A stretch of 64,000 nucleotides of DNA from the NCBI GenBank assembly GCA_964106645.2, contig OZ067052.1. One strand, given 5' to 3'. Numbering within the stretch: the first letter of the stretch is position 1; each line of letters begins with the position of its first letter. Shown piece by piece: positions 40,701-52,700 of this stretch. Made by a program: the position numbers and the translations under genes. Below the pieces are notes generated by a model that was not told where the DNA came from, made no database searches, and saw only the letters and a program-made list of their open reading frames with translations. The stretch is from Podarcis pityusensis (Eukaryota).

Positions 40701-43700
40701 GGAAAGGGAATTATCCTTACACCAGGCCCAGGGGTGGTAGAAATGACAAGAACTGGAGCAAAGCAGGAAGATCCTGTACACATCACTATGAAAATGTTTT
40801 GTTTGTCAAAGCTTTTGTTATATACAAAGGAATGTGCTGGATGGAGTTACTTAACCTCGGTTCTCTCCACACCAGTGATACATACCTAGACATCTTCTAA
40901 AAGGCACGTGCCAGCAGTATATGCATGCCAATGTACTGCCTAACTAATGCTGTTGCTAACAATAAAGACTCTCTTTGGGCATTAAGAGCCTCAGGAGGCT
41001 GCCTCGGTTTACGGAAACTGCTGGTATTCCCTTTTGTATTCATCACTCTTTCTCATCCTCCTGTGTGCTATCTTAAGAAGCAACAGGCTCTACAGAAAAC
41101 TAAACAACTTTCATCAGAACAGGTCTTTGTAGAAAGATGGGAGTTTCAAGGAAGAGATGTTGCCACGTCCTACAAACCCCCAAGGCCAGGTTTCTGGTGG
41201 AGAAAGGCAGGGGGACCTCCCCAAACCACCCTGTTACCTTGAAGTCTACTCGGATCCTGTGGACTCCATCTATGAGGGGTTTCTGTTTGGAGCTGTTCCC
41301 ATTTGATAAAGTGCTCAACATGTTGAGGGTACCATTATCTGGCTTGCTGACTGAGGGTGGTCTCTCCTGGTGAAAGAGGGCAAAAAAATGGCATTTTCTT
41401 TGCTCAAGCAGCAGAAGGAAAACCAGCATTCAATATATATGCAGTTATTTATGGGCTGGAATCTAAGGAGGACTCTCTTCTTTCACATTTTGAAAAGCAA
41501 AGAGCAACAGGGGTTTCAGAAACTGGAAAGCAAAATCTGAAATTCTGAATTGGTCAGTCTTGTTTTGAAGGCAAACTCAATCCAGTAGGTATCCACCCCC
41601 AAACATGAATTGGAATCTATTAGTGTTAAAAGGTGCATGGCCTTGTCTTTTCTGGAGGGAAAGGCCATTCCATGCATAAACTATTGGCTGGGGGGAGGAG
41701 AGAAAAAAAACCATAGTGAGAAGCATCATCATCTGCACACCAACCTGAACCTTGGAGAGTCAAGCAAAAGGACCCCTAAGAGCCTAGAGCCATTGTAAAA
41801 GCAGCCCATCTGCAGATGCTGCCATCACAGGGTCAGAACTTGTACCAAAGGGCATCCTCAACTTGTGCTGTCTTCATGGGCTCTCTAAAAGCCAGGAGAG
41901 CTACATGCAAGGAACCAACTATGAAAAAAGCTCTTTCTGTTCACTGGAGAAATAGAGCAACTTGCAGGTTACCTTTTCTTTTGGCTTCTGTTTCACTGGT
42001 AAGCTTGGACGAGGAGTTATTTTCTTCTGTCTGCTTTGCTCGATCCCTAGGAAAAGTACAAGTGCAGTTTGTTAAAAGCCAAGAGTTGCTTCTAGCAGTC
42101 AAATGGAATTTGGGGACTTAAGAAGACAACAGCAACTTCTTAAGACGCTGTTGTGGAAAGCCGAAAACAAAACACAGTGAACTAGCAATTCCAATTTGTT
42201 AGGGAGGAGTGGGCACTGTAGGATTTCCTGCAGCTCGCCACACACTTGCTAACCTGCCCAGGTGTGTCCAAGGCTGCTCTTCCCTGACCCACTTAAGAGC
42301 CCAATTAGTACAGCAGATGTGGTCACATCTCTTCCATGGAGTCCAGAGGTGGGTTGCTTGACTTTGCAGAGGCAGCTAACAACTACCTTTGCTGCAATTG
42401 AATACCTACCCACTTCTGGTGGTGGAGCTGCCTTCTTCTTGGGCTCAGCAGGGTTGGTTTTGGGGGCTTCCTTTTTTGGTGGGCCTGTACTAGGCGGTGG
42501 GGTGGGAGGCACCTGCGTGGGGGGCGGTGCCTGCTGCTTGCCAGCCTTCCGGGCTGCAGGGGGAGGGGCCTGCTTGGTGTCTGGGGGAGGCGGAGTCAGT
42601 GGTGGTGGGCCCTCCTCACTCTTCTCCTCACTGGGCTTCCGGGCAGGTTCACTGCCCCTTTTGGAGGCATGATCCTCTTTCGCCAAGGTGAGCTGAGGAG
42701 CAGCTGCTTTCTGTCCAGCCTCTGGCTGGCTCTTCCCAGCATGGATTTCTTTCTTTTCACTGGACTTGGATTTCTTCTCTTTCTTTTTCACAGCTGTAAA
42801 GCAAAAGCAGCACCTCAGATGCAATGACCGATAGCGCAGCCTATGGCACTGGCCTCCCCCAAGTGAGCAACGGCCAGAGGTGAGGGTGGTGCCTAAGGAG
42901 GATACGCCAGCCTGCCCACGGCCTCACTGCCTAGATGAAGCTGAAGCTGAAGCTGAAGCAAAGATTCTGCAGCTGTTAACTATGCCTTTCTCTCCCCATC
43001 ACAATATAAATAAGGGAAAAAAACCACCTACCTTTGGCTTGCTTCTGGAGATAGGCTTTTGATGGCATCCACTGCAAATTCTGACACTTCCTCATCCTAG
43101 GGGAGAATAAAGGAAGGAGATGGCAAGATGCATCACCCGACACAAACAAGCCTTTGGATTCCCAGGCATGTTGCAGGCTGCTGCATCTCAAGTGGAAAGA
43201 TATCTGCTCTGGAGCCATGCCAAAGTTCGAGATCAATGGCAGACCAATCTGGCTAAAGGGATGAGAAAGATCGTCCCAGCAGGACCAGCCCTGCTATGTT
43301 AGCCTTTCTGCTATACCAAAAAGCAACTACTTTTGAAGCATCTTCAAAAAGCCTTACTTTCAAGATGTGGAGAAGATAACTATTCTCCCTCTTTGTTTAA
43401 GATCTGAAACCTTGCTCTGAGGTTTGGCCAAGCCACTGTGAGGAAGGCTGCTCAGAGGAAGCATGCTGTGGCATATTCACCAAAGGGATCAACTCTCCAC
43501 ACAACACTTTAGTTTTCACGTTCAGCAGAATACACAGCAGGGTCAACCCAAAACCTGAAAAGTCTGAAGAAAAGAGGAGGTAGATCTCTCCACTGCCCCA
43601 CCCAACCCTGTCCATTTCCCTGCCACTCTCTTGAGAGCCCCCAACTGCCACTTTGAACTCCAAGAGGAAGGAAAAGCAGCAGCCAAGCTCAGAGGATGAC

Positions 43701-46700
43701 AAAGTCACTAGTCTTCCGCTCCTTAGCTCTTCTTTGATGCAAGTGAAAGGATCTTCCTCTGGCTAAATCTTTTATAGGAAGACAGGGTAGAAGCACCACA
43801 AACCAACAACGGAGGGCCTTATTCCCAGAGCAACGGGAGGGCAGGGGCGGGCTTCACAGCCACACACTTACTTGCAGCACTGCTTCTTGATGTTCCGCCC
43901 ACCAAACTTTGGCTTATCCAGGCAATTTGTGCAGACACCACAGTCCTCTGGGACCTGGCAGCCTGGGCACTGCCCACAGCGCCTTGACCGCCGGCCTTTC
44001 TTCACAGGGGGCTCCTGGGGGGCCTTGTTTCTGGTAACTGGCTTGATAGGTTTGATGGGAGGTGCAAGGGGCTCGGCATCTTCTGAACCTGCAACCGAGG
44101 ACTTGTCTGTGAAATGAAAGACCAGCTATTAATTCAGCAATCAATAAAGGAGAAGTGAGTCCTCAACAGAACTGACTTTGCTGGCCATTGCTGGTTTCTC
44201 AGAACAGCTTCACAGCGGGGCCCATCCAGGTTTCCTAGAAACCTTCATCCTACAGCCTCACATACCTTCCCCTGCCACCGATGCACCCTTGGAGAAAACA
44301 GCACCCTTCAGCATAAATTCAGACACTTACCATCGTTCCCCATGGAAGACAGTATCTTCTCTCGTTCTTCCCATGGTAAGGCACTCAGAGTGGGCATGTC
44401 ATCTGGAAAGACGGCTCGCTTGCGGCCTAGTGCTACAGCTGCCCTTCTGCAAACATGCTTTATGCGTGGCCCTCGCACGGAGGTCTCTGAAGAATCACTC
44501 TCTTGACCCTAAATTCCAAGCAGGGCAAGAACACAGGAAAAGGCTGTTAAGACACAATCAACCATCCCACAGGGAGCGATTCAAGTTCAAAAGTAAAAGC
44601 AGTTTGTCCAGTAGAAGGTTAAAGATCTCTGAACCTTCTCTAAATGTGTTTTCAAATGGAGGACACAGCAGTAATCAGAAGTAGTTTTTTTCCCTAATGA
44701 ACAGTAACCTTTTAAGTGTAAAAATGCTTAACTAAGGCTAAGACTTGCAAAGAAAGGAACAATTCCTGCCACTACTTACATAAAATGCATCAAACAGCTA
44801 GTTATGCACCTCATGTGTGACCAAAAGCCCACCAAATCCTATACCTGTTAGAAAAGTGCAACAGCTTTGGGGAGACATCTGGTAACTGGCATCCCTCGGC
44901 TGTTGTGTATTTGTTTGTATGTGCATGTGTGTATATGTCTGGCCAGGGTGGGTTGAGATTGTCTTTGGTAAAAGGTAAGTGGAAGCATGAATAATATTAA
45001 TAATAATTTATTATTTATACAGCGCCCATCTGGCTGAGTTTCCCCAGCCACTCTGGGCGGCTCCCAATCGAGTGTTAAAAACAATACAGCATGAATGTAA
45101 AAGGCTGCAGTGAGAAAACTCTCACCAGTAATTCAAAAAGGAAGGAGCCATTGCTTTCCCTTGGGATGGGCAAGACATGATATCAAGGCAACAGGAAGCT
45201 TCAAAAAGACACTTCAGTGGGAACTGTGACTCCAAAGCAGAGGCAGCTAAATGATGATCTGAGGTCACGCTCTGGTTTGCTTACAGGGACCTAGAAATCT
45301 GAGACGCTGCACCTACTCAGGCCACTTATGTCAAGAGTTTTGGCCTCCCCCTCATGGTGCCAGCCAGGCACTGCATGGCCTTCTATTGTCATAGTTATTT
45401 CGCTTCATGTGCTACCTCTTTTTTCAAACCACTACTTTGGGGGTAAATACCTGTCCTTTTGGCTGATCCACCTGCTTCAGGGACTTGCTCTTCTCAATCT
45501 TATACAGCTGGGCTTTTGCTTTCTTGAGGAGGCTGGCCACCCTCTTGTCGGTCATTGGAAGTTTGTCTGCATGAGCCAGCACTGAGCTGATGGAGGAATG
45601 TTTCACAATGTTGACTGAAGCAGCAGCTGGGAGACGCAGGGATTCTTCCTTTTCAATGGAAGGAGCAGCCAATCCAAGTTCCAGACTGGATTTCTCTAAC
45701 CCCCCTCGGCCTTTCTTGGGCAGTTTGGTCTTGATGATGGCTGCTGCTGAGTCTACAAGAACCACAGCAGGCACATCTGCTGCTGGATCAGCAGCCGCCG
45801 ATTTCTTCCGGCCTGCAGTTTTTTTGGCAGAAGAGGAAATGGCTACATCTTCACGGACAACTTTTCCTTTGGAAACTCGAGTCAGTGGGAACAAAGTTGA
45901 GCTGCTCTGAATCTCTGGAGCCTTTTTCCTTTTCTCTTTCCTGGACTCCCGCTTATTCTCTTTCTCCCTCTCTCTATCCCTCTCTCTGCTTTTCTCCTTC
46001 TCAAGACCTTTGTCACTTTCTTTATCTTTGGATGGTTCCTCACTGGAGGCTTTGTCTCTGTTCTTGCCCCTCTCTGTTTGGGGACTTGGTGTGAACCATG
46101 GAAAGAGGGGAGTGGGGCTCCCGGATGAGAAAGGCTCAGCCGGAATGCTTGCCTGCTTCCTCGGTCTCTGGCTTTTCTCTGCCGACTCCCCAGGATGGGA
46201 GAGAGAATGGGAAGGAAAAGTAAAAGTGGAGTTTAAGGCACTGGTGGTAAGGGAACCCACAGGAATGCTTGTCAGCGAGGAAGAAACTGATGAGGATGGA
46301 GTGAGAGTGGACAGGTCAGAGGTGCTTAGTCTTCCACTTCTCGTCCTCATGGAGTGCGAAGGAGATCTGGGTTCTGATCGAATTGGGCTGAACCCTCTCT
46401 TCTTCCGCTTCTTCGAAGAGGATGCTGCTGCAGTGCTTCCTGCTGCCGATCGACTAACAGAAGAAGGCAAAGTTACAGACTCAAAGATGCGTGAGTGGGC
46501 CTCACTTGGGGTGAACCTTGGAGCTCGTAGCAAGGGGCTCCTTTTGTGTAGGTCGAATCTTGTTCCAGAGTGAAGAGGAGAAAACAAGCGGGCTGGAGCT
46601 GCAGCTCCAGGCGTTGAAAAACCAGAGGCAAAGCCAACATCCTCAGGGGTCAGCGGGGGAGGCCTGAAGTTATCAAAGATGGGCTTGCGGATGAGACCTT

Positions 46701-49700
46701 CTTTGGCATACTTGGCTGAGGAAAAGTACTGGGGTTCGGACCGAGAGTGCTTTAGAGAGGTCCAACGGAATGTTGGCTCTCGAAGAATCGACTTCCGCTT
46801 TTCTTGCATGGGAGCAGCTGAGGAGGGCAGAAAGGGCGATGCCAAAGGGATGGTGGGGGGCATAAGCCAAGGGGCATGGTCTGAAATGCCGGCAGCTGGC
46901 TGGAGCGGTGGCGGCGGGGTGAGAAGTGGTGGAGGAGGAGAGGAAGACGATGACTGCTGCTGCTGGGACACACTTTGGAGGCTGGGCAGTTTTTTAGCTG
47001 CTTTGGGCACAAAATTTCTCTCTGCCATAGAAAACCTCCTCCTCCTCCTCTCGCCACTCTCGTTATCAGGGGAAGGGGATGTGGGCAACGGAGGGTGAAC
47101 TTCTGGAGTATTGCTGCGTTCTTCAGATAAGGCCTGCATCTCTTCAGAGGCCTGAGAATCTGTGGACGTGTCAACACTGGGACTGCTGGACCGTGAGGAA
47201 TCTGAAGACACCTGAGAGGAGTGCTGAGAGGCGCCGCTGGACTTCTCACTGGACCCACAAGAGGGAGCACTGAAGCGGCTATTTGGTGTGGATTCCGGAC
47301 GGGCTATTTTGATTGGTGGATCATAGTCTTCATCTTCAATGAAGCGCTTGGGAGTTTTAATGATCCGTGAAGAGATCGCACTCACCACTGGCATGATGAA
47401 CTGCCGGATGTTTTTGAGCTGCGTCCTCCCCTTCCGGCCTTGAAGCTTTGCTGCTTCTTTCTCGATCTTCTTCTGGGCCCCCTTTTTAGCCCTCTGCAAG
47501 AGTTGCTTGGCAATCGTGGCATCAGTCCTCTTGGAGGAAGGGATGATCCTCACAGGCCTGCGGGGGCTCTGCCTCACAGCTGGCTTCTCATCCTTCGACA
47601 GGGGTGAGACTCCATCTTTCTCCTTTCGCAGCTTCTGGGCCTTCTCTAATGGAGAACTCACAACTAGAGCCGGTGCAGTCTTCAAGCGATCAGAAGATGG
47701 TGGCCTTCCTCTCCTGCGTACAATCTGAACCCCTTTTCTTCCAATCTGGAGCTTTCCAGATTTGAATTTAGACTTCAGTGGAGAGAGTTTTCCTGCTCTT
47801 AGTTTCTTAATTTTTGCAGCATGCTGAAATGTAGTGGAAGGTGCTCGCTTTATTTTCTTTAGATTCTCTTTTTCCTCCTTGCCTCCTTTCTGAGCATCTG
47901 GAATGACCTCTTTGCGGGTGATCTTGAACTTCACACTGCTAAGTGCAGGAGGCCTCCCTCGTCGCTTTTCTGCACTTTTCAATTCTTTCCTCTTTAATTT
48001 TTCCATGGAGATGGGTTCTGGTTTGCTTGAAGGTGAATACACAGGTGAGGACTCTGAGAGCACAACTGAACTTCGGTCTGAGCTGTTTCGGGGTCTCCCA
48101 CGAGGTTTGCGTGCGCTAGGCTTGACTGAGGCTGCAGGTAAAGTGAAGGAAGGGGAAAGAAAGTGCACATTCAGCTTCTCTGCAAGATGGGAAAAAGTGT
48201 GTGCATTTCAAAGTCACACGATATGCAAACAGGCTATTGAAACCAAAGAAAACAAAAGTTTTTAAACAAGCATTATATATAATGCTTGTTAACTGCTGGA
48301 ACCAATAGCTTCTGCTACAGGAAAAGGATTTCTGTCCAGTTGACTGTTAAAGTACTGCAAGTTCTCCTCACCATGAAAACTAGTAGCTCTGGAGATTAGT
48401 TGGTCAGTTCCACTTGTTTCTTTCCAAAAATGTAGACTAAGGATAGTATTCAGGATAAACCAAATTGAAAGCCCACTATGTATTGTTGCATTGTTTACTT
48501 TTAAAACGTTGCTCATGTTAAAGACAAATGAGAGGTATTATACAATATGCACTTGATTTGATGCCTATTTAAATACTCAACCCATCCATCCTTGCAAGCC
48601 AAAGGCCCCCCCCATCCCTGTAGCAGAGCTTAGTCACATCCCTACAGATAAGATGGAGAGAGATAACATGTGTTACCTCAACGGTTTGTGGCACTAGTGC
48701 AGTCTTCAGACCAGGCCCATGTAGACCGTTTTAAGATAAAACTCCCATGAACCTGACAAGACAGTAGCAAACTGAACATACCTGTGGGAGATTTGGTGGG
48801 ACTTTGTCCTTTGGCCTCATCATCTGAACCAAAGCCTATGAACTGCTCATCCTGCAAAAGAGAGAGAGGGGCAGTTTAACAGACTAGAAATATCTACAGC
48901 AATGCTGATTGCTTGGTCCCAGGTAAGTGGAGGATGAAAATAAGTAGTAACAAGCCCCACAGGGTGTGTGCTAGAGTACCACCAATGTAAGGCTATCAGT
49001 GGCTACTAGTCATGATGGCTGTAGACTATCAGCATACTTTTGAATACTAGTGTCTGGGCAGCTGAAGAAGGGAGAGTGCTGCTGCTGTGCTTATGTCCTG
49101 CTTCCTGATGGACTTCACATAAGAATCTAGTTGGCCCCTGTGAGAATTGATGTTCTAGATGAGCCTTTGGTCTGATCCAGCTGCAGGGCTCTTTTTGTGT
49201 TCTTAATGCGCACTCAGCTATATGTGATAATGAAACTGTCTCTTACAAACCACAAGGGAAATGCCGGATAAAATCTAGGACTGAAGGGCAGGACACGAAA
49301 ACGAATGAATGAAACAGAAAAGCACCACACTGAGGCTGCCCTCTCTGGAAAGGCTATCTGGCGATCACTGGTCTATGGCCACTTCTGCTGGATGGACCAC
49401 ATGGCAGACATACTCCTCTTCTACAGTAACCACTTCTGCTCACCAGCACAGAACTAAATGATCAAACTCACAGCCACAAGGTATGGTGTTGGCCACATCC
49501 TAAAAAGGATTATACAAACTCATTGAGGAGGGAAGGCTTATCAATAGCTACTAGTCAGGATGACCTGAGCGAATTGAAACAGAAGGGAATAACCTGGCTG
49601 GAGTATTATCAACTAAAAGCTGCCCCTGAAAAGGATAAAAGAACCAAAGAATTTGACAAAAAAATATCCTATCTGGAGAAGGATATTTTATATAATAATC

Positions 49701-52700
49701 AAAAGACACTTTCAAAAATGTACAAACTACTTCTGAATTGGCAAAGAAAGGAGGAAGATATCAAAGAAATTACAATAAAATGGGAGAGGGACCTGGGACA
49801 TATGATCAAACTCAATATTTGGAATGAATTATGGACTAAAAATATAAAATTCACGGCTTGTTTCCTTATAAGGGAAAATCTTATGAAAATGTACTATAGG
49901 TGGTACCTGACCCCTGTAAAACTTGCAAAAATAAATAAATCAAACAATAACAAGTGCTGGCGATGTAAGGAACAGATAGGAACATACTACCATATGTGGT
50001 GGTCCTGTCTAGAGATACAAAGATTTTGGAACATGATTTATGAAGAGATAAAGAGATTGATAAAAACTACATTTAGCAAGAAACAGGAAGAATTTTTACT
50101 AGGAATGGTTTCAGATAATATTCCCAAAAACAAAACTAGGGTATTTATGTATGCAATGTCAGCAGCAAGGGTTACAGTGGCAAAACAGTGGACAGATAAA
50201 AATACACCCACTAAAGAGGAATGGGTAGTCAAATTGTGCGAGTACTTGGAGCTCGCAAAGCTGACAGATGCAATAAGAGATAAACCTAAAAAATTGGTGA
50301 AAGAAGAATGGGAATGTTTAAATAATTATTTAGGGGACAAGGGCTCAACAAGAAAGATCTGGCTATGTTTAGAATGATACCATATAGAGAAATGTTCCCT
50401 GATACCAAGATGAGGGATTCCTTTGGAATGCAGATAGAGATAATTGATAAGAATAATGATCTGTTGTGAGCTTGATGGAAGTGTACAATAGATGAGCTTT
50501 CCTGCTCTGGCTCATCTTCCTTTTTCTTTTTCTTTTCTATTTTTCTTTTCTTTTATCTTTCCCATAGTTGCTCATGTTCTGTGTCACGTACTTCGATATT
50601 TTTTGTAGTTTTTTAAAAAAGTTTTTTTTCCATCACTATTAAGGAATTTTCCTTTGTAATTTCGGTTGTCTATATTTATATGTACCTGTTTAAAGCAAAA
50701 TAAGAGTTAAAAAAAAAAGGAACCTCTGTGTCCCTGGATGCCAGATGCTGAGAAACAATCAAGAGGGAGGGGGGTGGAGCTGCTCCTTGCATGTGGGTTC
50801 CCAGGAGCATCTGAATAACTGCCAGTTACTATTATGCCAGACTAGATCCAATTCTTGTGGCCTTAACCTGAAGCTAAAAGGACACCAGCCATCCCATCCT
50901 GCAGGTGCTAGTTCTCCCATATTTCAGGGGTGGGGTAACTCCTCTACTTGCCTGTGACATTAAACACTGATAACTGCCGGCATCTTGAGTAACAGCATCA
51001 GTCTATTCTTTATTTCCAAAATGCCTGACACTGTGCCGGGCAGGGTCCTTTGGGGGGAACACAGCATATCCTTCTGCTATCTGCCAAAAATGAGACAGGC
51101 CACCCACGGTCAGCACAGCAGGGAAATCCCTGTACCAACTGCGACAAGGATCCTCCTTTCCCCAAGTGTAGCTCCCTAAGCAGGAAGTGGCAACTGTTCA
51201 ATTATTTGAATGGAAAGAGGTGTGCTTTGGGACAAATGAGGCGGCTGACAAACCTTGCTGGCTCTGCTCATGTGTGGTCCCAGTTGCAGGCATTTTACTT
51301 GCTCCATAAACCTTAATGGAAGAATCAACTGCAGGATTCAAACTGGATGGGAAGAGTTCACCGCTGGCAACCATTCCAAGCAGAAGACCATGCACAGGGT
51401 GAAGTGGCAGGAGGGTCCTCTCTACCTCAAGCAGAAAGAAGCCACTATGGCAGCAGGACCAGGATAGCCTAAACTGGAAGTGCCATTCCTGCCTGCTAGG
51501 TCTGACAGGAGGAGGGCTGGAACTACACCCCCAATGAAAGAAAGAGAAGAGGAGGCACCTGTGGCAGCCTTTGACTCATATAGTGGTACCTCAGGTTACA
51601 TACGCTTCAGGTTACAGACTCCGCTAACCCAGAAATAGTACCTCGGGTTAAGAACTTTGCTTCAGGATGAGAACAGAAATCGTGCTCTGGCGGTGCGGCG
51701 GCAGCGAGAGGCCCCATTAGCTAAAGTGGTGCTTCAGGTTAAGAACAGCTTCAGGTTAAGAACGGACCTCTGGAACGAATTAAGTACTTAACCCAAGGTA
51801 CCACTGTATTCCAAGCTCTTTACATCTATCAAGCCTGGAGGCTTATGGTGATCACTTAACTCAAGGTCATCCAGAGGACCAGCCTTCATTTTTGTGTGTG
51901 CACCCCTTCAGCATACTTTTTGGGGGTAAATGGAGTACCCTGGCTTTGCCCAGAACTACAGGTGTTGCTTCCAGTTCTCCATGTTTAAACTATAGCAGGT
52001 CACCCTTGCAGTCTGTTCTTCCCAGGGAATGCAGATCATTCCATTGCCACCTAAAGGATTTTCCAGAATACAGCTCTGTGTATGTGCACAAACATACCCC
52101 CCCACACACAGAGGTGTACTTGATATAGGAAGAAACATTAATTCTAGGAAGAGCTGTGCTGCAGGCCATAGCTAGGAACAGCTGATTCAAGATGAGAGTC
52201 ATCTGCTGGAAGTCAGTTCTAGAAAAGCAACTTGAGGAACAGCTGCTTTTTGGCTGCCTTTCCTCAACATTCACAACACTGGACTGCAAAGAGGTGGCTT
52301 GTTTTTCAGCATTACGTCAAGCAGCAAATTCTCTTACTAGCATTGGCAGGAGGGAGGGGTAGGATGTGTACAGAAAAGCAGGCAACATGCCTGCAGATTT
52401 CTCTAAAGCAGAATATTTCATGAAAGATAAATTCAGCTGCAGCCTCTGCATCTGAGCTGAATCAAGCAGAGCTGCGTAAAGAGAATTGCTGTGGTGAAAG
52501 CGCATCACTCACAGGCCCTGGTTTTGCACACAGCACTGCAAAGAGCAGCAGCTTCATCATATCTCCTCTGCCAGCCACTCCCCTTGGACACGTGGGGCTC
52601 CCTGCAAGAAGTAAACAATGTTCGGCTGAGGAAGGACTGAGGCTTCCTCTACAAAGCTGGCCGAAAATTACAGCTGGTTAATATCAACAGAGACTGCTCT

